Source of the DNA: Trichosphaerium sp. ATCC 40318
Taxonomy: Eukaryota; Protista; Tubulinea
DNA length: 64,000 nucleotides
NCBI GenBank assembly: GCA_038496445.1
Contig: JALMLS010000013.1
Span: 1-64,000, forward strand
Reading direction: 5' to 3'
The notes under the pieces are model-generated. The model made no database searches, was not told the DNA's origin, and was given only the letters and a program-made list of their open reading frames with translations. A program made the translations under genes and the position numbers. Positions 37,601 to 50,253 of the stretch are shown here, one piece after another; positions within the stretch are counted from its first letter, which is position 1; every line of letters begins with the position of its first letter.

Positions 37601-37780
37601 ATTTAGGGTTTGTTTTTGTAATTTAGACTTTCCTTTTTCCTTACTTTCTATTGTTATCGCTTACCTTTCCTCAGAATATCTTTGCAACTTGGTTTTGATA
37701 AATGCTCTGGACATGTGAAATTGGTTGGGCCCACTTTTTTATTGGTTATACTTGTCAGTTTACTAGTATTAATGTATTGA
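34675..37780 (+). CDS. Secreted, probably GPI-anchored LRR surface protein (about one LRR per exon)
   Basis: Signal peptide MIILLIAILKLSYA-Q, phase-2 exons of ~66-75 nt encoding LxLxxNxxxGxxP repeats, a Cys-rich cap, a beta-rich stalk, and a hydrophobic C-terminus ...CSGHVKLVGPTFLLVILVSLLVLMY* with no cytoplasmic tail. Confidence 0.85.
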
Positions 37781-39754
37781 TAGTAAAGAGCTCACTCATG
37801 TTTAGCGTGTTTTCTTTGCTACTCTACTGTGAAAGACTATAACCTTTGCTTTGACTAGAACAATTTATTTATTTGCTGTAGTGGATATTTCACTGTTAGA
37901 TTATAATCAGTTGTAAACAGACGCTAGTTTTGTGGCAAAATAAAAGTCTGCCTTTCGCTCTATTTTTATAAGATAAGTTCTCCTTCGACGCGCCATTGAA
38001 TGAATTGTAGACAACGCACGGCCATACTCCGCTCCATTAGAAAAGGCGCTAAAGAACATACCTTTAGAGTATCACTTTATTTTGCCATGTAAAGGATGTC
38101 AGCAGTTGGTATTGGAAAAAACTGGGAATTCCAGAAAAAAGGTAGTTCTAATGCTTCTCGTAATAGCTCAGCTCCAACGGATTGTGTCAATTGTATTAAT
38201 CAAGTTAAATAACATTAAAAATATAGTACTATTAGTAGTAGCTGTAACTGTTGGTACCAAGAAGATAAGTATGGAAAAAAATAGGGAAATCAGAAAAAAC
38301 CAAATTACCGGTAGCTCGCTACCAAAGCGAATACGAGCACTACATGGTCTGAAAATTTGTCACTCGGCCTTGTTGTCTTTAACTTAGTTAGTTTTTTTTG
38401 TGCACGGTACTGTAGGATTTACCAATATTGTCACGACATGAATATTCAAAACTAATAGATAGTTTGGTTAGCTGCAATATTGACTTCAGTAGTTTTTATT
38501 TCTGATAATGTAATTTCCACCTTGTTAACGGCAACGTCGGGAACATCGTAACACGCGAGTCCATTATTTCTATACATGTTCAACGAGTGAAGAACTGTTT
38601 TAGGATTGTGCGAATTCTGACTTTTTTTCTCGGGTTTTTTGGTATTTCTTGGGCTGGTCCGAACAAGCGCAGAATCGCTTCTGTAGTAGCAATTGCTAAC
38701 ACGTGTACGACTTGGTGTTCTTTCGCTTGTTCTTGAGAGAATACGAACCTTATTTCAAATAAATCATCAACGAAGTGATCTCGCACTCAATAAGCAACAA
38801 CGATCACGTGTTAGTAGTTGGTTTTGAACTTTATTGGGATAACATTCTTAAAAAAACACGTTGGAGAATCACAGTGGCTACTGTCAACCTTCCAAGTCAA
38901 ATAAAGAAGGTTTACCAACACTGTCTAATATGGTATAGAGGAATATACCACGAACGTTTACTTCGAAGCTCAGAAATTTAGAAACTTGTCAAAACTAGCG
39001 CGCTAGCTTTTTCTTCAAAGGTGACTCACTTAGCATGCTGTTGACGCGAAGACAAAAACGTTTACTAAGCACGTGCATATTAAACGCCGCTTCTTTGAAA
39101 AGATTTTATACCTGGGAACTTCCGGAATATCTCGAGTAGATTCTTGGGCAAGATCCGGCCAAATAGTGCATTACCGTTATTTTTCAAGGCCAGAAATTGA
39201 CAAAGAATCATGATAATTACGTGTATTTGAAATAGGTTTTCTATAATTGTAGGAAAAACGAAAACCCAAAAGTTCAAGCGAGAATATTCGAGAAAGTAGG
39301 GAACAGCTGTTAAGGCGAAAGTCACATTAATGTGTATCTATTATTGACAAGTACCACCAATGCTGTGATGAGCCTACAAATATAAACATACAATAGACTA
39401 TCAGCATCACAATGGTGCAATAAAAAGGATCAGCAAGGGATAGTTTTCAATGAATGATTATTGGCTAGAAGCTTTGTTTGGAGGCAGCTTTGCATATTTC
39501 ATCGTTTAGATGTTAGGTTTGGATCATTTTTTTCTTTCCTGGTCTCAACTTGGAAAGGGTAATGGAGCGTGATCTGATTTTTGCTTTTTTATAGTCAAGG
39601 AAGTATCCTAATACGAAAACAGTCCCTAATGTCCAGAGGCAGTTTAACAGCATGTCATTGAAAACTACACTCTTCCAAAACAGTGCAGTGTTTTTAAAAA
39701 AATCTCCTCCAATCATGGCGTCATGATAGGACTGGATATAAAAGTAGGTCTAAT

Positions 39755-40983
39755 ATGATGTCTAGAATATTGAACTCAAAGAAAGATCCACGACATTGCA
39801 GTATGTTCACACTTATATCATTAGACGAGGATAAGGTATGGGACGAATCACATTATACAGCTTTTATAAAACATCCAAAACGAAGTGTTAAGCATCTCTT
39901 CTTGCCAATAATCCGTACACTTCAGGATACAACCAACCATCGTTCTAAAGGCATAGAACTGATTTACGTCCAAAATTTCAACAAAACTGCATTCTCATCG
40001 ACACCTTACTCTTCTACAACAATACAGTGATGACTACTTTGCATAATGATACAACAGAATCGACAATCACCCTACAGGTACGTATTTTAACTGATTAGTT
40101 GAAGAGTAGTTATCAACTAACATTGAAGCCTTTATTCAATGTACATATGGCTGTGTCTGCGCCGGTCATGGTGGATGAACCAACCACAGAATACACGTAC
40201 TTGAAAGGGCAATGGAGGCCACGTGAATGGAGAATCGGTTTTGATGGTTTACAATACAATGCTACGCGATATGAGGTCGCTGAACTGATACATACAAGAA
40301 ACTCATCACAAGTTAGAACACACTACCAAAAAATAAAATACAAAGGTACATCTATACGCTCAGGATAGTCCTTTTTGATGGCTTCTAGGAAAAGTAAACT
40401 GTTTCCTTCTAGCTTCTGTCGGTATATTTGTACCTCAAGTGGTTGATGAGGTGAGATAAAGTTTAAAGAGCTTTCCGGTTATTAACTTTTGTTGTTATAG
40501 CATGACAAAGAGATGATGTCTCTGGATCATAATGGACTTCCTCTACCAAAGTATCAAGGCCAATTCTCCACAAGAGAGACTTGGTTGGCTTTGAGAGCCT
40601 TATTCCAATGGGGATTAAACCCCAATAAAATAGCTTGGTGCATCGGTACAAGAAGAATAAAGGATGTTGCAGAAGTATTGCATTTATTAGAGGTCTGGTT
40701 TCTGCAATATCACGTGATTTTTGTTTAACGAATGTATTAGGCTTTAGCAAGCGCTCATGGATTTATGCAATCGAAAAGGTCAGAAAGGCTCAAGCATAAG
40801 CGTAGGAGAGTTGTTGACTATCGAAAAACAGGAACGGAATTAGAGCAAGATCAAGTCAGCAAACCAAGTAGCTTGCTACAACCAATATCTTTTATCAACT
40901 CTGTACAATACCCACCAGCAAATCCACCACCAGCTTTATTCCCTAGTGTGAATCCTTTATCGGAGCTTTCGTGGCTTGTATAA
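39755..40983 (+). CDS. Myb/SANT-domain protein (SHAQKY-like repeat plus a second divergent repeat)
   Basis: KGQWRPREW...VAELIHTRNSSQVRTHYQK and QGQFSTRETWLALRALFQWGLNPNKIAWCIGTR. The 5' exons are uncertain (alternative ATG at 40030). Confidence 0.7.
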
Positions 40984-41184
40984 CTTTGTGTAATAAAATT
41001 TCTGCCTATGTCTGAAGAAAAGTGGCACAAACAGATATATTTACTTTGCCACTGATTTACGGTCTTTTCTACTTTGAATCTTTTTATAAGTGCTAGGGAA
41101 GCTTATTGTCTAATTACTAAACTTCGAGTTCTAACGTCCGAAATATCTACGAATGAGTTAGCCCGGATTTGGAGGTAAACAAAA

Positions 41185-41776
41185 TTATAATCCCATTTGC
41201 TCATCTCTGTGACCATGTAGTTCGTTTATACTATCATAAACAATTTTTTACCTCGTAGCACCCGTTATACAACATAATAGGTATGAAAACGGCTTAGTTA
41301 TGAGTAATGATGAGAATTGAAATATGTGATTATCGGTTAATCTTTTGTATCTGTTGACATTTAATTTTGCAGTCAAATCCTCCGTCAAGTATTTTTCAGT
41401 TACTGATTGGTCCGCTAATTTCTTCAACGCCTAAAATTCCAGTGGAATGTACAGACATCAAACCTCCGTGTACTCTTTTCTACCTCAAGGAGCCAGTGGT
41501 TTTGTAAAGCTCAATGTTTGAGTGGATCTAGATGAGCCATGTAAACGCATCATCCTGCAATGCTTGTTTACTAGCTACTTGAATTCTTAACAGCATTGTC
41601 GAACTCAGCCTCACAGCATATTTATTTTCCAGGCAAACGTGGTTACAAACGCATCAACATACTACTACATCTTATGTAAGTGAAAGATGATAGTGAGCGG
41701 GTTCTCAAAAAGCAAGGAAGTAAAATAGAGGAGAAAAATAGTTTATTAAGGGCCTGCCCTGAAAAACTGATTCTAG
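41185..41776 (-). pseudogene. Decayed juxtamembrane / kinase N-lobe remnant downstream of the receptor stop
   Basis: Broken-frame fragments in kinase order: DDAFTWLI*, LSFTKPLAP*G, ALKKLADQSVTEKYLTE, PIMLYNGCYE, NYMVTEM. Confidence 0.5.
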
Positions 41777-43814
41777 TTATTTTATTTCTTGGAATCTCTG
41801 CCTTTTTCTTCGCACAACAAAGAACACAATCAATCCAACAACTAGAGTTTAAGACATAAGTTTTACCATTGACAAAAACTGCTACTTACTGAGAGCAAGA
41901 ACTACAAAGCCGCCAGCAACACTTGCTCCAATAATAATGTACTTTTTATCTTCTAGCACACTTTCTTCTCTGCAATATGTGTTTCCATTAAATCCACTAT
42001 CACTTCCAACCTTATTGGGCTCTTCACATACTTTACACTCAAGAGATCCTTCTGTATCTGTGTAATTTCTACCAGTGCATGCAAAGCAAATACCATAAAT
42101 CCTAGAAGACTGTTAACTGTTGAAGACCAAAACAAACACGTGACAGGAGTTAAAAATACAAAAAGGTATGTCGTACCACCTAGTTCCTATTCTACATAGT
42201 TTACACTCCCCAGGTGATGTTAAAGCTGAAGATCCTGGAGGACAAATCTTACAGGTTTTTGGGTTCTCTGGATCTTGTACGTGGTTGGATGGACATGCAG
42301 CGCACATCACATTTTCGTACTCAAAATTCGCAGTGGTGCAGGAAACTAGTCAAAAAATATCAACATACTCACCTTGTAGCTATCACGTTTTTAGAACGTA
42401 CTGTTACATGCGAAAGTATTATCACTAACAACAGTTCTGTTGTCTAAGTTGTAGAACTGAACAATATCGTATTTGTTCTGCGAACATAAGTTATTCAAAA
42501 AGTTGAAAAAGAAAAAAAAACCAAACTAAAACAAGTTACCTTTGGACAATCGAAGGTATTTTGTTTGATGTCAAGCTTAAAATCTCGTATATAAACAACA
42601 CGCCATATGTATAGATACGTTGCATCACCTTGAAATGTATTTCCTTCTACTGCCATTGATACGTTTTGTGAAAAGATATTTACATAAAGTCCAATACAAG
42701 AAGATTGGAAAGAGGAACCATCAAAACTGCAGTTGAACACTTTGTTGTCTGAGAAAATAAGAGTTTTGTTGGTACTAATGCTTTGAGAGATAAAACCGAG
42801 ACCTTCAAGATCAAACGTGTTTGATGTTATTTCAATATCAGATGCTAATGATTGGTGTTAGTACTCGGAAAACAAACAATGAAGAAAACTGAAGTTTTCT
42901 TACCTGATAGTTTTTGTTTCGCTTTTGACAAGTGTGAGTTTTTGATACTAATAGAAGTCATTGCAGATGAATGTTTGGTGTCATATTCGATGTTCATCAT
43001 TCTTTGAATAGTACAGTTATCTATAACGATGTCCATATCGCATTGGGAGCAACCACTAACATTAAGACCTTGGAATAAAGTGTTATTAATTTTTTTGTTT
43101 CTAGAAAAACGCACTACTTGACTCGGAAACAAGTGATGATCGCATCACGTTTAGACTTAAGCTACCAGCTTGATTTGTGTGGTTCGCTATGTCCACTTCA
43201 ATGTTATCAAATCCATCAATGGTAACATCAGCAGTAACAAACGATAGCTTTACAGCGTTTAGCGAAAAAAGATGAAAAGCAAAAGTTTACCTTTAGAAAT
43301 GCAACGTTCTCAGCTGGCATTGAAGTCATCTCCCAATCATCATACTTCATCACGAGTGAACCTTTTGATGAATCCCATAGTGTACGTTCTTGTGGTCTTC
43401 CGCTATCATATGTACCACCTCAAGCTTGTTAGTAACATATACGAAAGAAGCAAAACAACAATCTTCTTAGCATTGAAGCCGTACCTGAAACACATATAAC
43501 ACATGTTGAACCGCCTGTACATACGCTAGCTTTAGACAAAGCACTGTGTACACTATCTACAGGATCCGAAAGCGAACCGTTCTAATGTTGTTGAGTAAGA
43601 GTCATACTTTACGAGTTGAAGCACTGCGGCTCTCATATAAAAGTATTGATAAGTTAAAATTAAACTTTGCAAAGATGTTTGACTAAACAAAAAGAAACAC
43701 GTGACACAAATTTTTTATATTTTTGACAACAAACTAAAACAAGCTTTTTGAGCTAGCAAATGGTACCTACACCAACAACAAAACGTGTTTGACAAGAACA
43801 AAAAGAAAACGCAT
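41777..43814 (-). CDS. Single-pass membrane receptor-like protein (beta-helix-like N-terminus, Cys-rich repeats, TM, very short tail)
   Basis: Signal-like MRFLFVLVKHVLLL, NGSLSDPVDSVHSAL motif, CAACPSN...CKICPPG...CKLCRIG repeats, TM IIIGASVAGGFVVLAL..VVGLIVFFVV, then RRKRQRFQEIK* (TAA 41779-41777). Not every exon junction was verified. Confidence 0.7.
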
Positions 43815-44254
43815 GTGAATTTTAAAACACGTTAAAAAGTTAACGTTTAGGATTGTATCTGCGTAAGCACGTGTTGGTAAACGGTAAAAGTACATCAAAT
43901 TTTTTTGTAAGAATTTTAGCTTAAGAGTAAATAAAATAATGATTGAGACGCACGTTTGTAGAAGTACCGTTAACCGAGACGTAGATATTACAGTTTTGAG
44001 CCTTTGTAGTAGCTACTAGAAATAATAGAGAAATACCAACGAAACATAGGAAACCATAAGAGTGTGACAGCATGGTTGTCACGTTGATGTTGTGAGGTGA
44101 TTTTAAGCCTTTTTCTACCCTTCAACTTAACATGACGTCACTGGAGCACTGTTGTGCTAAATGTTCACTAAACTTGTAAGTTTGGACATGGTCATAAGGT
44201 CAGAGTATGACAAAGAAACGCAAGGAATAAGTGTTGTCCTAGCTTTTCCCGAAT

Positions 44255-44518
44255 ATATTGTCCATATCATTCAAGTTTGCAACAGGTTTGGCACAAGTGT
44301 AAGGTATTGCAAGAACTATCAGACCCGTAATATCTTGTCAGTTTTTGCTGTCAACTGAATCACGTTTCAAACGTTGTATCTGCTAGTTCTAGCAATATAG
44401 TCATTTCTGTAAGAACTAACAGAAGTTGCAAGAGCTGATCTGACTAAACACGAAAACCAAAAGTCACAAACGGCAAAAATTTGCACAGTTTTGCAAACTT
44501 GAATGATACGGACAATAT
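44255..44518. mobile_element. 264-bp TIR element (MITE-like), possible TA target duplication
   Basis: ATATTGTCCATATCATTCAAGTTTGCAA...TTGCAAACTTGAATGATACGGACAATAT form 28-bp inverted repeats with 1 mismatch. Confidence 0.7.
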
Positions 44519-44705
44519 TAATTACAAGGCATGTGATATTGCGATAACATACGTATCTGCATTTACACGCATCATATGCTTGCTTAATAGTTTATCATAG
44601 TAACACGTGATGCTTCATAACTTGTGGCTCAATGGGTTGAAAGGCTTCTAAAATAAAAAAATAAAATGCCAACAAACAATCAATTTATTTATAGTTTGCT
44701 AAACA

Positions 44706-45155
44706 CTACAAGTCACATACAACATGGATATGGTTACTATATAGATATACTCGTTTACTCACATTTATAGCGGGCTATTTCCGCAGAATGAGCACTCGCC
44801 ATGAGGCCATTATAATTATTACATCTTCCAGCGCTAGGTGTTCTCTGATTGCATCGTTTACCACAGTTTTTCTTGCCTGATATGTGGTCATACTATACTT
44901 TGAAGTGAGTTGAAAATTGAACAACATAGACAATGGAGAAGTGCGTACATTATCATAACTCGTTCTAGGGCAAGATCCCCAAACGTCGGCGCAAAAAGTT
45001 CCCGAACCTCCATCAATTTTTTCATACAGCCTTGAGCACCATTTGCCTATGCACGCTTCTACCTCTTCGTTATTTCCTGATACAGGACATGCGAACATAA
45101 AGACTACAAAAAGAATAGCCAATGATAGCGTAGGTATTAAAGAATAGCTGCTCAT
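44706..45155 (-). CDS. Small secreted Cys-containing protein (~116 aa if two introns are spliced)
   Basis: Signal peptide MSSYSLIPTLSLAILFVVFMFACPVSG. Phase-0 introns GTACGC...CAAAG and GTAATA...AATAG give ...SYDN|YSMTT...ALED|PAINVSKRVYLYSNHIHVVCDL*. The last exon is conserved in the paralog. Confidence 0.7.
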
Positions 45156-46207
45156 TGTAAGTGATAATAATAATTTTTTGAGCGAAAAGGGTGTAGAGAG
45201 TTTTTCAAGAGTTTGTCCGATGTAATCCCGATTTCACATAACCACAAAAACCACGAAACTACACGACACGATGTTTCACTATTATAATGATCCTTGTCGA
45301 CTCAACAAGTAGGAAGTTACAAACCTGCAGACGACACATTTTCCACAAAATATGAGCCAAAATCCACTCAAGTGAATTATTTGTATTCCAAGTTTTAGTT
45401 TAAACAGCGAATGCAAGCTAATATAGAGCACTGTTCGCTTTCGGTCACAAAATGTCATCCATTGGTGGTGTGGCAGCACAGGTTAATATTTGCTAGGTAC
45501 CAAAATCCACTCGAGTGGATTTTAGTGTTATTCTGGTGGAAAATAGTATGCTTCCTACAAACTAAGGCAAAGGTTGCCAGTTGAAACAAGCCGAAACTGC
45601 TACGGCGAACAACGTCAGCTGCCTGTTGTATTAAGAAATGTAACAACATCCACTAAAAAGGTTGTTGTCTTTTTGTAGCACATTGTGTAGTAACTTTGGA
45701 CATACAAAACAGACCAACACCTATTTGAGCGCTACAACCCAATCTTAATTGTCAACTTACAATGGCATTGCTTTTATTTACATCCTCCACGGATAGTATA
45801 CACCACAGTATGTACAATTACGTTAATCAAGCAAAGGGTGAATCGTGCAAAACATGCAGACCTGGCAGAGTTGACTAGCACAATGTTCCACAACACGTGT
45901 AAAACGTAGACTTTCACTTAAATGTTTCCACCTCTGTGTGGCTTATGTACGTAGGCTAGCCATGTTAGACTCTTGTATGCATTTAAGTGGTGTGAGCGAA
46001 AAGTAATTAAAAACGGTGCGAGGCTTCTTCGTAAAACGTGCTCTGTATGACAGGAAACTGGCACTCTACTCAGCATTTTTTGCTGCAGCCAAACAGTTTT
46101 TTATCCCCGTTTTTACGATACCGATGATCATTTTGACTACGTTTCAGCGTTAAGATACCGTAGCCTTAATTATTAATTGACTGAAAAACATGATCACGTG
46201 CTAAGAT

Positions 46208-48977
46208 ATGCGCTCTTCAAAATCAACGACAAAAGAGAATGAATGGCTTAAAAAAGCTAAAAAATATAAAGTTACCATTAGGTAAGCCTTTAAAGCACTA
46301 ACAATGCTTTATTTCGCTTCGTTAACGCTTGTAAACTCTCATAAAACCATAGTGGTGCCCTGTGCGTATTCTTTTCTGTTATTGTACTCTTTGGATTACT
46401 CCACGTGTCAACAAGCGGCAGAACAAAACCAAACAGTGCGTGATTTACTTTTGTTCTTTTTCGGCGTGTCGCGCTTTTATAGCCTGCCTTGACGTTTCTT
46501 CCATATCACTTATGCACCACGGTGTTGATATTAAAAATAATGTGTTACTACGAGTTATTTTTTAACCTGTCAACGTAGTCAGCAAAGATGATGGTCATAC
46601 CGAACACGTGAACCCAACACTTTCACCACCGGTTACTGACCCACCTATTGCCGCCAAAACAAAACAACCTAAACCTATTGGCAGAAAGAATACAGAAAAG
46701 CTAACAAAGACTTGCAAATGCGTGCTTATATCTTATGAATACAACGATAAAACAGCCTGTTACGTTTGGGTTTTTTTTTTCGATTTAGAAATGAAAAAAG
46801 TCTAAAGCAAAATGCTGACTTCTTTTTTTTGACATGTAGTTGGTGGAAGGAGAGGATGTCGCATGTGGAACGTAAATGGCTCTTTTTTTGGAAATAAACA
46901 GTTCCCTTTTCACAAATTTGCTACAAACAAGGTACGCAATTCAACTACTATTTCTGGTGTTTGAAGATTTTCGTTTGAATTTCTGACAGTTTTGTCTTTT
47001 TAGGAAGTTAAAGTGCTCAAAGATGAGCCTACATGTAATATTTTCAATTGTGGATCTCCTGAAGAAATGCAGTTAAAGCCATGTCAGTTTCTGGCTTTAG
47101 CTATAACGTTCCCACCTCAAGTTCGTGACATCTTTTTTATTCTTTTTTTTTTTATACAATCGTACATTCCTTCATTCTTCTCTATATGTATTTCTGTTGT
47201 TTGTTTGTTATTTATTTTGTTATAGGTCAACGAAAGGGCTATGGATTTTTCTCTTAAATGGTGTTCTGCAAAGTTCGAAGATGAAGCGCAAAGAGCAGTT
47301 AACCAAGAGCGAGAATTTCATAAAATACCTTGGTATTCGCTTTTTAAGCCACAAACAATGTACATTCATTATCTTACTAATTATTCTGTTGATACACCAT
47401 GTACGTTATATTTTTTTACTGAATTACTATTGCTTTATGGCAATGGCTGTTTGTTTTACTCCCAGTCACTAATAGTGGTCCAAATTCTTATGTTGTGTTT
47501 CCTAGTTAAAGGCAAAACAGAAAATCATCTCGGTTGGGGTGATACGTATTATACTTACCGCCTTAATTGCTGGGCGACTTATAGTAAAGAACAATTTCTA
47601 CTTGGAGCCGGACAATGTCCTCCAGTAAAATCATTCACGTGCGTTCTTGATACAAGCAAAAAAAAATAGAAAAAAATGTCTTCGACATGATTAAGCGAGC
47701 GCCTCTACTACGCTACCAACTTACTATCAACTACGACTAATGTAAATTGATAATTGATAGGCCTGATACAAAATACGTATACAAGGATTGTAAAAAGTAT
47801 ATAGTAGAACGAACAAAGTTTGGGTACCAATTTCAACATTATATACTTGATGAACTTGGTCTTGCTTCAATGCTTTGGCAATATGCTAATCTTCACGATA
47901 TTACATATGACCAAATACCTAACACAGATAACAACCCACCTCAGGATTGGTGGTTCCCTGCTTCATTCAACAAAGTACCTTTCCCTGATGGATATAGGGT
48001 AAAGTGTAAAACAACTCTTGCTGTATCTTTAGATCCACATCGTGGAAGACATCCGCTTGAGTTTCAAGCCATTTCTGAATTAGCAGATAAAAAGAGAGAA
48101 GAGTATGGGTTCTCTGATCTACCCAGAAATATGGTATTATTCCTATCAAGAGCGGATGCTAAACAAAGACATCTCCTTAATGAAGACGAAATGATAGTAC
48201 GTTTTCAAAGAAGTTTTGTTTCTATTTTTGTTACTTTAGAAATCACGTGATACTAATCAAAAATGTTATACACATTACTATACCATGTATTTAACTTATA
48301 CAAAGCGCTACTACTTCTAGTAGTTGATACATAGAGAACCTCTAACTTGTTTTTGTTTTTTTTCGAATTGTTTATTCTAATGTTTTGTGTAGGATACAAT
48401 AAACGAGTTTATAAACACGAACAAACTTGATTTGGCAGTTTACAGGTTCCTTGGTAGTGTTGAAGGTAACTCAAATAACAAGTAAAGCGCAGCACAACTT
48501 ACGCTTTTTAATAGCACGTGATGAAGATAAACTTTTTGAGTTGTTCTCAAGAGCACGTGTAATCATTGGTCTTCATGGTGCTACCATGTCTTATGTGACA
48601 ATGGCCCAAGCGGTATGTAATTGCAAAAATATCACGTGTTTGCTAAAAATACAATACAATCTGTTTCCTGAGTAACTCTACCTTCCTAGAACACTGCTAT
48701 AATTGAATTTGCGTATCACCAGTCAAGACCTTTTAAAACATCTTTCAATGGTGGTTGGGGTATGGGTTACCGTGGTCGTCATCGTTGGTACGGTATACCA
48801 ACTGTACAACCTGATAAAAATATAAGAAATGTAACTGCAAACCCACATGATTTAGTGTAAGTATTCTGTTCTGTTGTCAAACTAATGATATATTCTAGTA
48901 TTGCACTTGATGACTACTTTGGTTTAGAGCTAGAAGATTATTCGTGTCAATACGTTCATGAAAGACCACCTCAATAA
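46208..48977 (+). CDS. Type II membrane glycosyltransferase, family 61-like
   Basis: Basic N-terminus and signal anchor GALCVFFSVIVLFGLL, Pro-rich stem, and C-terminal VLFLSRADAKQRHLLNEDEM and LFSRARVIIGLHGA...AIIEF motifs typical of GT61/DUF563. Confidence 0.8.
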
Positions 48978-49061
48978 CAAATCGCTGGTAATAAATAAAA
49001 TCAACTGCTGATAGCACAACTACATTGACAACATCAGCGCCAAACTTTATTGTATTTATTC

Positions 49062-49997
49062 TTACAGTTGTCTTCTAAACTCCTTGTTAGCCATAGACCC
49101 ATGACCGTCATAGTAAACATCCCAGTTATCATACGCGTTTATATCTAATCCTTCAGAGTATTCTCTATGAGTGTAAACAACTGTTTGCTTCTTTTCAAAA
49201 TCAAACTCTTCAATAACTTTAATGATATTGTTTGTAAGTTTATCACCTCCAGGAACTCCAGGTTCAATAGAATTAGCGTAATCCTCCCTCCTATCAAATA
49301 TCACTTGAAGGTCAATAATAGGTAACCCTCTTAAAGTAGCCTCTTGTCTTATAACACCATTCATATAGTAAAGTCCAATCTTTGCTGCTTTTTGTTCTAA
49401 CCAAGTTCCTCTTCCTTCTATTATTGGCTCATAAACTGTACATACAATCACGTGATTACATTTTTTTAAAAGAGTATCAAGTAACTCGGCATAGTTAGCT
49501 CGAAATCCGGTACGGATATACTGAACAGTCCGATATAAACCAACTACAACTTGCGTCAGAAAAATTGAAGAAAAAAAGTAAACACTCAGTAGTACATAGA
49601 CCAATCCCTTCATGCTTTAATTTCCCTAGAGCCTGAAGTCCGTCATTACCACCAGATGAAATAACTAAAGGTTATTAATAATTTAAAGCTACTGGGGAGG
49701 AAAACAAACCTATTTTTGTCGTTTCTTCATGGATTTTACTTATTTGTGTATTAATCACCATCCTGGTTATTGCGCCATCTACAGCTACCTTTTTAACAGT
49801 CCATCCTGTAAGTTAACGATATTAATGACGGGTTTGACACGTGCTGGTGCAAACTTGGCGCAACAGCTACCTTTTTCATTTACTTTTGCTTCTAACTGCT
49901 TTGTTACGCATGGGTACGAGTGTACATAGTTTGAATTGTCAATTACGCTATCTCCAACGAGGCATATCGTCTCTTTTGTATTCTCCGCTTTGCTCAT
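49062..49997 (-). CDS. SGNH/GDSL-like hydrolase
   Basis: Block I ICLVGDSVIDN, VIVCTVYEP, GLPIIDL...DYANSIEPGVPGG. Several short introns. Confidence 0.8.
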
Positions 49998-50253
49998 GTA
50001 CAGTACTGCCCTTGTGACGTAAAAGTAAAAGGCAATCAATTAGCTATCGTTCAAGACTGTACGGTTCAATACAGGTAAAAAGTAATTGTCTTCGTTACGT
50101 GGAAAACACAAGTACAGGATCTAGTTCAATGAAGCACTACCAGACAGAAAAAGCTAGACTGCTAACACTGTAAAATCACGTGTTTCCTTGACACGCAGTA
50201 TTTTACTATTTACACTCCCTAACGCTAAAAAGAAACAGTTTACGGCAGAACTA

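Larger units (their letters stand above)
44139..45886 (+). repeat. Copy B of the ~1.75 kb dispersed duplication
   Basis: Co-linear with 1-1747. The left boundary may extend further because copy A starts at the window edge. Confidence 0.95.

Noticed and set aside
38050-39716. Possible minus-strand membrane-protein gene
   Set aside because: Hydrophobic fragments exist, but I could not join them into a stop-free spliced model or recognise a family. It may be a decayed gene.
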